NCBI GenBank assembly: GCA_958296135.2
Contig: CATQHZ020000001.1
Coordinates: 896,001 to 960,000, forward strand
Direction: 5' to 3'
DNA: 64,000 nucleotides
From: an uncultured Poribacteria bacterium
Lineage (GTDB): Bacteria > Poribacteria > WGA-4E > WGA-3G
The notes beneath the pieces were generated by a model. It searched no databases, had not been told where the DNA came from, and saw nothing but the letters and a program-made list of their open reading frames with translations. Shown piece by piece: positions 55,488 to 64,000 of this stretch; the first letter of the stretch is position 1, and each line of letters begins with the position of its first letter. The position numbers were made by a program, and so were the translations under genes.

Positions 55488-56522
55488 TCACTGGGAGATG
55501 TTCGCCATTTCTAATATTCGATCGATTAACGGGCGGTAAGTTGAGTTATGCAAATGTTCTTTATACCATTCCGCATAAGTTTCTTCTGCTAGGTGTTCTT
55601 GAATCAACCGGTTTTCCTCCAGCAACGTCCATAGGTTGTGGGTAGCGCGGTTGCAAAACCCATGCATACGGTTAGCTTTCAATCCGTCTGTTCCATACTT
55701 TTGACAAGCGGGACAGGGACATTTCCTTAATTTCTCCCATTCTTGTGGAGATGGTTCGCGCACCCTCCAATTACCGAACTGCGCCACAGTCCGATCTCCA
55801 ATTCCCGGTAATTGCACGAGTCCCCGAGCCGCCCGAACGCGCCATCCGGCTGAATCGACTGAGTCTACTCCTAACAACGCGGCTAAGTGCAATGTCGCTG
55901 TTCCGCCGATGCCAAAGACGTGCAATTGCCGATTTTCCAATTTGACACGAACCTGACGCACTTTGTCAAGGACATCTCCGTATGACATAGCCTTCGGTGC
56001 ACGCAGAAGGTTGGGGACAATCCCACCAATGGCACAGACAGTTTTTTTTCGGAGCTGTTCATTTGCTTCAAACTGGCGAAGATATTCGTCCAAGCAACGA
56101 CTGATATGTAAAATCGGGACGTACCCATCGTGACAATAGGCCTGGTTGACACGCATCGTCCGTTGGAGACAATCAAGTTGTTCATCGTCACTCATACGCG
56201 GTGTCGGGATATAGTCTTGAGGAATTGCGTACCAGTCAGGACGGGCCTGCTCCACGAATTCTTCATAATCTTGACGTGGCACTTCCTCTCCAGACCGTGA
56301 AAATCTGAATGCCCCGTTATCCAAGTAAATTTTGACATCCGCCGGAACATTAAGACAGGTGTGCAGCCCTTCCTCCATGGCTTGATAGCGGCGAGCAGGA
56401 CTTCGATGGAAATCCGCGTAGGAGACCATTACTGCTCGCAAATGAGGTAAATGATAATCGGAATCAGCCTCCCACACCTCCGGTTTGATATTGACGAGGT
56501 TCAGGCCCGCGACGATTTTCAT
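55488..56522 (-). CDS. tRNA-guanine transglycosylase-like (TGT/DpdA-like) protein
   Basis: YLDNGAF, QDYIP, PILH, IGGIVP, LHVFGIG, GVDSVDS..W, zinc site CPCPAC...HN. Confidence 0.8.
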   Translation of the reverse strand: MKIVAGLNLVNIKPEVWEADSDYHLPHLRAVMVSYADFHRSPARRYQAMEEGLHTCLNVPADVKIYLDNGAFRFSRSGEEVPRQDYEEFVEQARPDWYAIPQDYIPTPRMSDDEQLDCLQRTMRVNQAYCHDGYVPILHISRCLDEYLRQFEANEQLRKKTVCAIGGIVPNLLRAPKAMSYGDVLDKVRQVRVKLENRQLHVFGIGGTATLHLAALLGVDSVDSAGWRVRAARGLVQLPGIGDRTVAQFGNWRVREPSPQEWEKLRKCPCPACQKYGTDGLKANRMHGFCNRATHNLWTLLEENRLIQEHLAEETYAEWYKEHLHNSTYRPLIDRILEMANISQ

Positions 56523-56524
56523 CT

Positions 56525-58033
56525 TTAATTCCACCGTGCCTTTCGTCGAAAACGTGCTGTAATCTTCTGTCCAATCTCAGTGGCAATCTGTTTTCCTGCT
56601 TGTTTGGAGAGGTCGTGTGCCAGTTGCGTCACGGTAGGTATCAGGTACCTTACAGGTTCAACTGCCATGAAGGAGTGATCCCTATCAATCATCAGACCGC
56701 AGGTCTGCAAAGAGGATAGAATCTTCTGCACGATTTCTTGCGGCTTGCCAAGAGAATCAGTGTAGAAAAACTCATAGCGCGGAAGTTGCTGTTGAGGGTT
56801 TTTGGAATGCCCGATGAAGAACATGTAGACGTGAGCAATTTCACACAACTTTTGGTACCGGGCAATATCTACTTCTGGATACTGATCTTGATAGGTGCTG
56901 AAGTAAGTGTCAAGGTTATCAAGATCTGCTCTAACGTTCAAATTCGCTCTTGTCGTGAATGAACGACGGATAAGGCAGGTAGTCACAGTTTGTTCCAAGT
57001 TGCCGCCTACGAACGACGGTAACGCCAACAGCATACTCATGGCTTGCCCGTCGCTGAGGGCGTAATTACCAAAATGCCAATTCGGATCAACATGTTTCGC
57101 GATGTACCAATCAACGACTGCACTGTAGACGTTCAGTTCGACTTTCTTGGAAACACCGCAGTAAATCACATTAATGGCCCCTGAAAGAATCAGGCAATTG
57201 AGCAGTTCAAGGATTGCTTCACGGGTGAAATCGCCCCGCGGGTTATCAGTTTCAGCGAAGTTGTGTAGGTAGGCATCCTGGGGGAACAGACTTCCATCTC
57301 TGAAGATGATGTCGGGTTTCTGTCTGTTTGCCTTCAGCAAGTAGTTAAGGTCAAATTTATACTGCCCAACATCCATTGCTGAAGTTAAACACCTTTCATA
57401 ATCTTCACGTTCAAGTTCATCTTGATAGGATGGATCAATCAACATCCACCGCAGTAATTCCTCATCGGGTCTTGGGTTAAATATCTTGTCAAATTTTACA
57501 CGACCGTCCTGCTCCATGCGTAGTACCCCCGCCGCGTTGTTGAGGACGAACGGAGCATGACGCTTGAAGAAACGCCCCGGAAAAGGAACGGCACTATGAT
57601 GCTGACTTACATCAGAAGCCCCGATGATAGGAACACGTCTGTCCCAAATAGTCTCGTCAACCGTGATTGGGTTGAGGAAGTACTCACCAACGATGTGAGC
57701 ATCAAGGTGTTGTTTCACAGCTTCCTCATCAAGATTGACCCGCCATCGCGCTTCGCTTTCGGTTGGCGGCTTAATCGTGACGTGTTTCTTGCTCATCCCA
57801 AATCCGCGAATTGCAACCCTTCTTAGTAAGCTGGCTAGCACTTCTGACCTGGATGAGTTTTGCTCAATCTGATGTTTGAGGTCGATAATAAAGTCACGGT
57901 AAAGTTCACGTGGATTGATTTGTTGCAAGGCTTCATGGGCTTTCTGAAGCGTCGTATCCCAATCCTTCTCAATTTCCACGGATCGCTCCATGTAAAGGGC
58001 TGTTGTTGCGACTGGATCGTGGCTACGCATCAT
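56525..58033 (-). CDS. NurA-family nuclease (RNase H fold)
   Basis: GASDVS (first Asp), IIFRDGSL, GVSK, RYE, C-terminal P....LAH; coupled to HerA. Confidence 0.7.
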   Translation of the reverse strand: MMRSHDPVATTALYMERSVEIEKDWDTTLQKAHEALQQINPRELYRDFIIDLKHQIEQNSSRSEVLASLLRRVAIRGFGMSKKHVTIKPPTESEARWRVNLDEEAVKQHLDAHIVGEYFLNPITVDETIWDRRVPIIGASDVSQHHSAVPFPGRFFKRHAPFVLNNAAGVLRMEQDGRVKFDKIFNPRPDEELLRWMLIDPSYQDELEREDYERCLTSAMDVGQYKFDLNYLLKANRQKPDIIFRDGSLFPQDAYLHNFAETDNPRGDFTREAILELLNCLILSGAINVIYCGVSKKVELNVYSAVVDWYIAKHVDPNWHFGNYALSDGQAMSMLLALPSFVGGNLEQTVTTCLIRRSFTTRANLNVRADLDNLDTYFSTYQDQYPEVDIARYQKLCEIAHVYMFFIGHSKNPQQQLPRYEFFYTDSLGKPQEIVQKILSSLQTCGLMIDRDHSFMAVEPVRYLIPTVTQLAHDLSKQAGKQIATEIGQKITARFRRKARWN

Positions 58034-59558
58034 CGGTTGGTCCTCCTTGTTTCGATTTGTTGATTTCGTCAAGCCATTTCTCTTCCATTTCCTCGAAAAT
58101 TTTCGGTGTTTGGCCACCCTCGGAATCTTTCGTTTCCCGTTCTCGGATTTTTACGGGAATGGCGTGTCTCACACTCTCATAAGTTCCAGAAAGCAGACAC
58201 GTTCCTTGAGGCATCTTCGGCAAAGCATTCAACATCTCCGCTGATGCGTCCGATCGCACACCACGAATGGCATCCAACTGATCCGGTTCCAACGCAAAAA
58301 CTAACCTTGTGTTACATTGGCGAATTGTTCGCTTGTCAATGTCAACCGGACTTTGTGTCATGAGAACCATAGCGATTCCATGATGCCGCCCGATACGAAC
58401 CCCTTCTCGGATAATCTGTTTGCAGGCACTGCCTTCTCCCTCGGGAACAAATAAATGTGCTTCGTCTATCACGGCTACGTAAGGAGGAATATGGCTGTGA
58501 AGCCGCAGCGTCTGAAGTTCACGCAAAACTGCTATCGCAATGATTTGCAGTTGTGTCGTCGTCAAACGTTTACAGTTGATCGCCATGCAGGGATACATGT
58601 TCTGCCGCCAGGCTGCATTGTCGATGCCATCGCCGAAGATTTTGTTTTCCTTAAGAGCACCTGTTCGAGCAACAGCCATTTTGAGACTGCGCTTGTCTGT
58701 TTGCAATTGTTCTTTAGCATCTTCCATTTGATTTAACAAATCATCAATTGAAAATTTAGCAAAATCTTCGGATGCAGATTTGCTCTGCAATCCGCGAAAT
58801 GCCAAACTTACAATATCTTTCTGCAAATCAGTCATTCCGGATGGAAGGAGATCTAATAATTCAGACTCCGCCAAAGTGGAGATTCGGATGCTGAAATCAA
58901 CGCCCGGTTCGACAACTTTCCCGCCTAGTTTTTTAACTAACGCAGAATATTCATCCTGTGTGTCAATAAAGACAACGGGCAAGTGATGTTTCACAAGTTC
59001 TTCGGCAATGACACCCATTGCATAACTCTTCCCACTCCCCGTTGTCCCGCAGAGAAAGAGATGCCGCTGAATGGCCTCACGCTTGAGAATAATTTCGGTT
59101 GTGGCCCCTGCAACCGTTTCGCCAATTCTCAGGCCTTGTGTTGTGGTTTTAACCAGACCGAGTGTTTGCACAATTTCGTCATCGTTAGCAATAAACACCT
59201 CTGCCCCGGATTGGGGCAGCGTTTGCGGTGGTTGCATAGTCTGCCCGATGATCTCGTCAATCAATTCGGCTTCAGCGAGACGGTAGATAGTTGTGCTATC
59301 TTCTTCGGCCGGATAGGTTCTCTGCATCTCCATCTTATCCCGAACATTGATGTCTTCAGCACCTTCGTTGGGATTATGCTCATAGGCACTATGGATTCGA
59401 CCTATGAGCGCACTTTTGGTGTTGTTCCGGAATGCAGGAACCCGGACAAGGGTTCCCGGTTTGACATCTTGCCCGGTCTTCAATTTAATCCGGACCTTTT
59501 CAAACGTTGGAGTTTCCTCATCCGAAATAACTGTGCCAATTGAATCTGTATTGGACAT
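58023..59558 (-). CDS. HerA/FtsK-family ATPase (HAS barrel plus DUF87)
   Basis: N-terminal beta-barrel, RHLFLCGTTGSGKS, IDTQDEY, VIDEAHLFVP, REG.R.GR..G, TQSP.DID, QCNT. Confidence 0.88.
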   Translation of the reverse strand: MSNTDSIGTVISDEETPTFEKVRIKLKTGQDVKPGTLVRVPAFRNNTKSALIGRIHSAYEHNPNEGAEDINVRDKMEMQRTYPAEEDSTTIYRLAEAELIDEIIGQTMQPPQTLPQSGAEVFIANDDEIVQTLGLVKTTTQGLRIGETVAGATTEIILKREAIQRHLFLCGTTGSGKSYAMGVIAEELVKHHLPVVFIDTQDEYSALVKKLGGKVVEPGVDFSIRISTLAESELLDLLPSGMTDLQKDIVSLAFRGLQSKSASEDFAKFSIDDLLNQMEDAKEQLQTDKRSLKMAVARTGALKENKIFGDGIDNAAWRQNMYPCMAINCKRLTTTQLQIIAIAVLRELQTLRLHSHIPPYVAVIDEAHLFVPEGEGSACKQIIREGVRIGRHHGIAMVLMTQSPVDIDKRTIRQCNTRLVFALEPDQLDAIRGVRSDASAEMLNALPKMPQGTCLLSGTYESVRHAIPVKIRERETKDSEGGQTPKIFEEMEEKWLDEINKSKQGGPTDDA

Positions 59559-59889
59559 TATGACCTTCCTATCATGCAGCACATTGACCTAATGAACGAA
59601 CTCTTAGGAATTGCTGTGCTGCATCGCTAATTTCCGCCCTGCAAGTTGACTGCCTCCGTATCTGAGTTGCAGGTATTGACGCGCGTCAAAACTACGCGTA
59701 ATGCTTGACTAAACCCGATGCGATGTGCGCGGCTACGCGCCTAAGCGGGGCCGGGGGCCGAAACGTCGCCGACCGAAGTCCACGAACCCGCGTCTTTTGC
59801 ATGCACAACGCACTTAACCTAATGACATCACAACGCTACCAAACAGACGCTGTTGGCAGTCGGCGTTGAATGCCGTTGCTGATACGAAA

Positions 59890-59918
59890 AGTTTAACACA
59901 AAATCGTTCTGATGTCAA
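59890..59918 (-). promoter_or_regulatory. sigma70-type promoter for the herA operon
   Basis: TTGACA-17 bp-TAAACT with extended -10 TG, on the minus strand. Confidence 0.6.
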
Positions 59919-60004
59919 ACTTTTTTTGTGCGAAATAGGATGTGTGAACCCTCCTTCATTAATTCTAACACCTTTCGTTCGTTTTTGCAAATTAAAATTC
60001 GCAA

Positions 60005-60919
60005 CTACGAAAAATTGGCGGCATACTCAGTGGCGAACGCATCCGCAAACGCATGGTTCAGCCGGATCGCCTCGCCTAAATCTACTAACGCCTTCTCATA
60101 GTCGCCTTTTTTGTAGTGGACGATGCCGCGTTCGTAGTAGACATGCGCATAGTCATACTCCAATTGAATCGCACGATCGAAGTCGGCAAGTGCCTTGTCA
60201 TATTCCCCAAGGTGCCGATAGGCAATGCCTCTTTGGCAGTAGATAACCGAATCTTCGGGACCAAGGCGGACGGCTTCATTAAAGTCTGTAATCGCTTTGT
60301 CATACTCGCGTTTTTCGGTGTAGACATGCCCGCGGTTGAGGTAAGCGAGGAAATACCCGGGTTTAATCCGAATGGCTTCGTTGTAGTCTGCGATGGCCTT
60401 GTCATGCTCGCCCATGTGTCGGTGGGCGGAGCCGCGGTTGCGGTAGGCGAGCGCGTATTCCGGATTGAGTTCAATGGCTTTCGTGTAATCGGCGATGGCT
60501 TGCTCGAGTTCTTCTTTGCGTCTGTAAGCGTAGCCGCGGTTGCAGTAAGCCATAGCATATTGCGCATCGATGCGGATTGCTTCGTTGTAGTCTGCGATAG
60601 CCCGGTCATAGTCGCCTTTTTCGTCGTAGGCGAACCCCCTGTCGCAGTAGGCGGTGGCGTATTGCGCGTCGATGCGTATTGCTTCGTTGTAGTCTGCGAT
60701 AGCCCGGTCATACTTTTCTTTGTTGCTGTAAGCGTAGCCGCGGTTGCGGTAGGTTTTGGCATCCCCCGGGTCAATTTTGATGGCTTTGCTGTAGTCTACG
60801 ATAGCTTTGTCAAATTCTTGTAGGTATCGGTAGACATCCCCCCGGTCGCGATACGCCTCGGCGTTTCGTGGGTTTAGTCGGATTTTTCGGTTCAATTCAT
60901 CGATATATCGATTGTTCAT
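60005..60919 (-). CDS. Tetratricopeptide repeat protein (about 8 TPRs)
   Basis: Repeated AY.NRG.AY......AIADY..AI. Confidence 0.92.
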   Translation of the reverse strand: MNNRYIDELNRKIRLNPRNAEAYRDRGDVYRYLQEFDKAIVDYSKAIKIDPGDAKTYRNRGYAYSNKEKYDRAIADYNEAIRIDAQYATAYCDRGFAYDEKGDYDRAIADYNEAIRIDAQYAMAYCNRGYAYRRKEELEQAIADYTKAIELNPEYALAYRNRGSAHRHMGEHDKAIADYNEAIRIKPGYFLAYLNRGHVYTEKREYDKAITDFNEAVRLGPEDSVIYCQRGIAYRHLGEYDKALADFDRAIQLEYDYAHVYYERGIVHYKKGDYEKALVDLGEAIRLNHAFADAFATEYAANFS

Positions 60920-60991
60920 ACGCTGCTCCGTTATTGGGGTAGGCGCGGTTTGTTGCCGCGCCTACCGCGAGTGTCTCTACGTCAATGCAGA

Positions 60992-61741
60992 TTAATCGAA
61001 CTGCTTCAATTTTCCCCACAGCACTGGCAATTTATCCGACGGTTCCACGGCGAATGCGGTATGCCAGATGCCGTTGTTCATAATCCCCTGGATTTCGTCT
61101 TCAGAGAGGGCATCGTTAAACAGCCCTACTTCGTCCATGATACAGGCGGAGATGAAGCCGGTGCCTTTGTCTGTGGCGAGCCATGCCGTCTGGTCTTGTT
61201 CTTGGAGTTGGAACTTGGGCACGTCTTGTGCGACTTTTTCCTCGCCGTTGACGTAGATACTCGCGGTTTTTCCATCGTATGTGTTCGCGACGTGGTACCA
61301 TGTGCCAGCCTTGACGGTTACGCCGCTGCTGATATCCCAGCTGTTTGTCCAGCTGCGGAGCAGGTTTCCGCCGTTTTTGTAAGGCACGTAGCGGTTGTTG
61401 CTCTGGTCCCAGATGGAGAAGTAGTTTTGCTGTCCGGCGATGTCGGTAAACTGAATCCACAAGATGAAGCTCATCTTATCCGTTACTGCGCTGTCGCCGA
61501 TGGGGATGGTGACGGTGCCGCCCTTCTTAATCTCGGCTGCGCCGTCCACTTCGCCGTCCACCCATTCGCCTTTGGTGATCTGGCCGTCGTGTCCGTTTTC
61601 AGATGCGTCTTCGGCGGTGTCGCCCTTGCCTTCGTCTAATAGCCATATCCCGATAATTTTATCGGGCTCGATTTCGGTATGGCTATAAGGGGTGCCGATA
61701 CCGAGCGCAATCATCGCGCAGAGAATTAGTTTGAACGTCAT
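60992..61741 (-). CDS. Secreted LamG domain protein
   Basis: Signal peptide; DEG.G..A.D.S.NG, WYHVA.TYDG, YVNG, DEV.LFN.ALS; tail AVEPSDKLPVLWGKLK. Confidence 0.85.
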   Translation of the reverse strand: MTFKLILCAMIALGIGTPYSHTEIEPDKIIGIWLLDEGKGDTAEDASENGHDGQITKGEWVDGEVDGAAEIKKGGTVTIPIGDSAVTDKMSFILWIQFTDIAGQQNYFSIWDQSNNRYVPYKNGGNLLRSWTNSWDISSGVTVKAGTWYHVANTYDGKTASIYVNGEEKVAQDVPKFQLQEQDQTAWLATDKGTGFISACIMDEVGLFNDALSEDEIQGIMNNGIWHTAFAVEPSDKLPVLWGKLKQFD

Positions 61742-61900
61742 ATTTTCTCTCCCTCTGTTACGTAAATTCTGTCGTTTCCTGTAGGTGCGGTTTGCAACTG
61801 CGCTTACCGCGGGGTGTTGCTGCATGAGTCCTAGTGTTAAAATTATATGCGATCTGCGGCGAAATTGCAAGTTTAATTTCATTTTTTTTGCGATTTTAAT

Positions 61901-61929
61901 TTGACAAATTGCGAAATGTTGGGTATACT
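61901..61929 (+). promoter_or_regulatory. tRNA promoter
   Basis: TTGACA-17 bp-TATACT. Confidence 0.7.
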
Positions 61930-61956
61930 ATATACAACATAGCAGATGTCAGGTTT

Positions 61957-62042
61957 GCCGGGATGCTGGAATTTGGTAGACAGGCTAGATTCAGGTTCTA
62001 GTGTGCATTATGCGCGTAAGGGTTCGAGTCCCTTTCCCGGCA
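61957..62042 (+). tRNA. tRNA-Leu(CAG)
   Basis: Acceptor gccggga/tcccggc; anticodon stem ctaga/tctag with loop ttCAGgt; long variable arm; GGTTCGAGTCC. Confidence 0.95.
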
Positions 62043-62214
62043 TTTTGAAATCGTCACCTAGTCCGTATCGCGATGGTTTCGGGAGCGATCGCGAGGGACA
62101 GGCCCTCGCGCTACGGTTTGTGGGCGTTCTTCGGTTCGGTGAGGGGCATGTCCGTCGTGCTATGGTTTGCGGGCGTTCTTCGGTTCGGTGAAGACTAGGG
62201 CTTTGCGCAACTAA

Positions 62215-63402
62215 TTATTCTGCAGGTTTCTCTAACGTTTCCGGTACGAGTTTCAAGAAGATACCTACGGCAAGATAGCCGACTCCTCCTAAGACATATC
62301 CGGCGTAATTCAACCCGAGCAAATCTGCGACGTTGCCGACAACGATGGGTCCCGCCGCGCCGCCAAAATCACCAGTGAGCCGCCACAGGCCGAGGAATTC
62401 TCCCTTCGTGCTTTGCGTGTTTCCGCTAGCAAGCCATCTGCCTTTCGGTTCCTGAGGTGCCAAATCTGCTCCCAGTGTCATCATTGTGCCGGATGCGATG
62501 CCGTTACCGATGCGCATGAAAATGGCTACCCCCAATAACGCCGTGAGCGTGTGCGTTAACGGCATGAGCAACATTCCTGTAGCAAAAATGCATATCCCCG
62601 GTACTGTGGCGTATCGTCGTCCAAACCTGTCCATCATAAACCCGGCGAGTGGGAACATAGACATATCTACTGCTGAGGAAATCATCACCGTCCAGCGTAC
62701 CTTTTGCGTTGTTAGGCCGATGATTTCGTCGCCGTAGAGCGGAATGATGAGGTGCGCGCCGCGGCGAATTGTCTGGACGAAAACCTGTCCGAGTCCCGCC
62801 GTGGCCAGGATGCGCCGATGCTGATAGAAAACGTGTCGTAACCTGCGGAGATAAGGCACTTTTTCGCCGGTTGCCTGCGAGATTGCCGGTGGCATGTGCG
62901 GCAGGAAGAAAAAACAGAGGACGAGGTTCAAAAGCACGATGCCTGCGTAAACGAAGAACGGGATGCGGAGATTCGTGCCGAGGAAGATAGCACCGAACTG
63001 CCCGGCGAAGGTGCCCATCCGGTTCACGCCGCCGAACAGCGCGATGGCTCTGCCTCGCTGCGCGATGGGGATGACATCTGTCATATAGGCGTGTCGGGAG
63101 AGCATCCAAAACGCGTTTCCGATGCCGCCAATCAGTTGTGCGGCGATGAGTTGGACAAAATTCCCCGCTATGCCCATTCCAATTGTTGAGATGCCTATCA
63201 TGCTGAGTCCGAGCAACATGGCTGCTTTTCGTCCGAGCCGTTCCACGAAAAAGCCGGCTGGGATATTTCCGAGAACTCCTACTGCGAGCACGAGCATTGT
63301 CAGCGTGTATGACAGCTCAAACGATTTGACGTAAATCGAGAGTGTCGGTGAAACGATGCCGCCGCCTGTTGCGAGGAGAAACGCGGGAATATAGATGGGC
63401 AA
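62215..63402 (-). CDS. MFS transporter
   Basis: About 12 TM helices; G...ERLGRK and G..MDRFGRR motifs; true start uncertain. Confidence 0.85.
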   Translation of the reverse strand: MPIYIPAFLLATGGGIVSPTLSIYVKSFELSYTLTMLVLAVGVLGNIPAGFFVERLGRKAAMLLGLSMIGISTIGMGIAGNFVQLIAAQLIGGIGNAFWMLSRHAYMTDVIPIAQRGRAIALFGGVNRMGTFAGQFGAIFLGTNLRIPFFVYAGIVLLNLVLCFFFLPHMPPAISQATGEKVPYLRRLRHVFYQHRRILATAGLGQVFVQTIRRGAHLIIPLYGDEIIGLTTQKVRWTVMISSAVDMSMFPLAGFMMDRFGRRYATVPGICIFATGMLLMPLTHTLTALLGVAIFMRIGNGIASGTMMTLGADLAPQEPKGRWLASGNTQSTKGEFLGLWRLTGDFGGAAGPIVVGNVADLLGLNYAGYVLGGVGYLAVGIFLKLVPETLEKPAE

Positions 63403-63521
63403 GATGAGTGAAACTCGGCTAAATTTGTTGCCTTGGATTTTGGGGGTTCCTCTGACATGGCGATGGCCAGTCTCGCCCTACGGGTTGGGTGGCGATTTCT
63501 CTTCCGTTTCCCGAGATGGTA

Positions 63522-64000
63522 TTAAAGCGCCGTTAGCGCATCAGCGTAGCACTGATAGGTGGCTTCGTCAAAAAGAATAAATTGGATGCATGTGGGGACT
63601 GAGCCGCTGCTGGCGACAAATTCCTTCACGGTGCGGAGCGCGATGGCCGCCGCTTTCTCTGTCGGGTATCCGTAAATACCGGTGCTAATTGATGGGAAGG
63701 CGAGCGTGTGCGCGCCATTTTCTACGGCAAGTTGGAGGCTTTCTCGGTAGCAGCTGGCGAGCAATTCGGGTTCACCGGCGGTGCCGCCCTCCCAGATGGG
63801 CCCGGCGGTATGAATGACATGCTTCGCGAGAAGGTTGCCGCCGGTAGTGATAACGGCTTTGCCTGTCTCTATGCCGCCTTGGCGTTCGCGAATTTGGGCG
63901 CATTCTTGTTCGATTGCTTCGCCGCCGGCGCGCCGAATTGCCCCGTCTACGCCGCCACCGCCGATAAGTGCCGTGTTCGCGGCGTTGACGATGGCATCTA
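63522..64000 (-). CDS. Macro-domain O-acetyl-ADP-ribose deacetylase (5'-partial)
   Basis: [40 protein letters not shown]. Confidence 0.92.
   Translation of the reverse strand, partial: DAIVNAANTALIGGGGVDGAIRRAGGEAIEQECAQIRERQGGIETGKAVITTGGNLLAKHVIHTAGPIWEGGTAGEPELLASCYRESLQLAVENGAHTLAFPSISTGIYGYPTEKAAAIALRTVKEFVASSGSVPTCIQFILFDEATYQCYADALTAL

Noticed and set aside
59560-59885. preQ1 riboswitch or integron attC site upstream of the TGT operon
   Set aside because: No preQ1 consensus loop with A-rich tail, no proper RYYYAAC/GTTRRRY pair, and no integron integrase in the window.
45845-62042. Prophage or integrative element bounded by the two tRNA-Leu genes
   Set aside because: No integrase, no duplicated tRNA 3' end seen, and core genes (hflX, aminotransferase) lie between them.

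Overview
A 64-kb bacterial chromosomal window, most likely from Candidatus Poribacteria. This is inferred from two LamG proteins ending in the AV(D/E)PxDKLxxxWGK(I/L)K tail, abundant Mrr/Uma2/DUF433/Rpn genes and dense GTAG-type REP-like repeats. Core genes include mfd, three parvulin/SurA chaperones, lptD, hflX, aminotransferases, a sulfatase, enolase-family enzymes, and tRNA-Leu(CAA) and tRNA-Leu(CAG). These are interleaved with defence and toxin-antitoxin-type genes. Three things stand out. (1) A ~0.9-kb, apparently non-coding region (about 48590-49470) lies behind a perfect sigma70 promoter and folds into a large nested multi-junction structure. It contains three copies of a module with invariant linkers (CGTAGG / CCGAAGATG / CTGCG) but completely different hairpin sequences, making it a candidate undescribed large ncRNA or structured mobile element. 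An orphan Rpn C-terminal mini-gene follows it. (2) An AT-richer operon encodes HerA ATPase, NurA nuclease and a TGT/DpdA-like base-exchange enzyme, followed by a fused MNT-HEPN gene and preceded by a ~320-nt structured leader; it is a candidate new DNA-modification/defence system. (3) LptD carries a ~470-aa insertion of parvulin PPIase domains. All family calls come from motif recognition by eye; no database searches were run.
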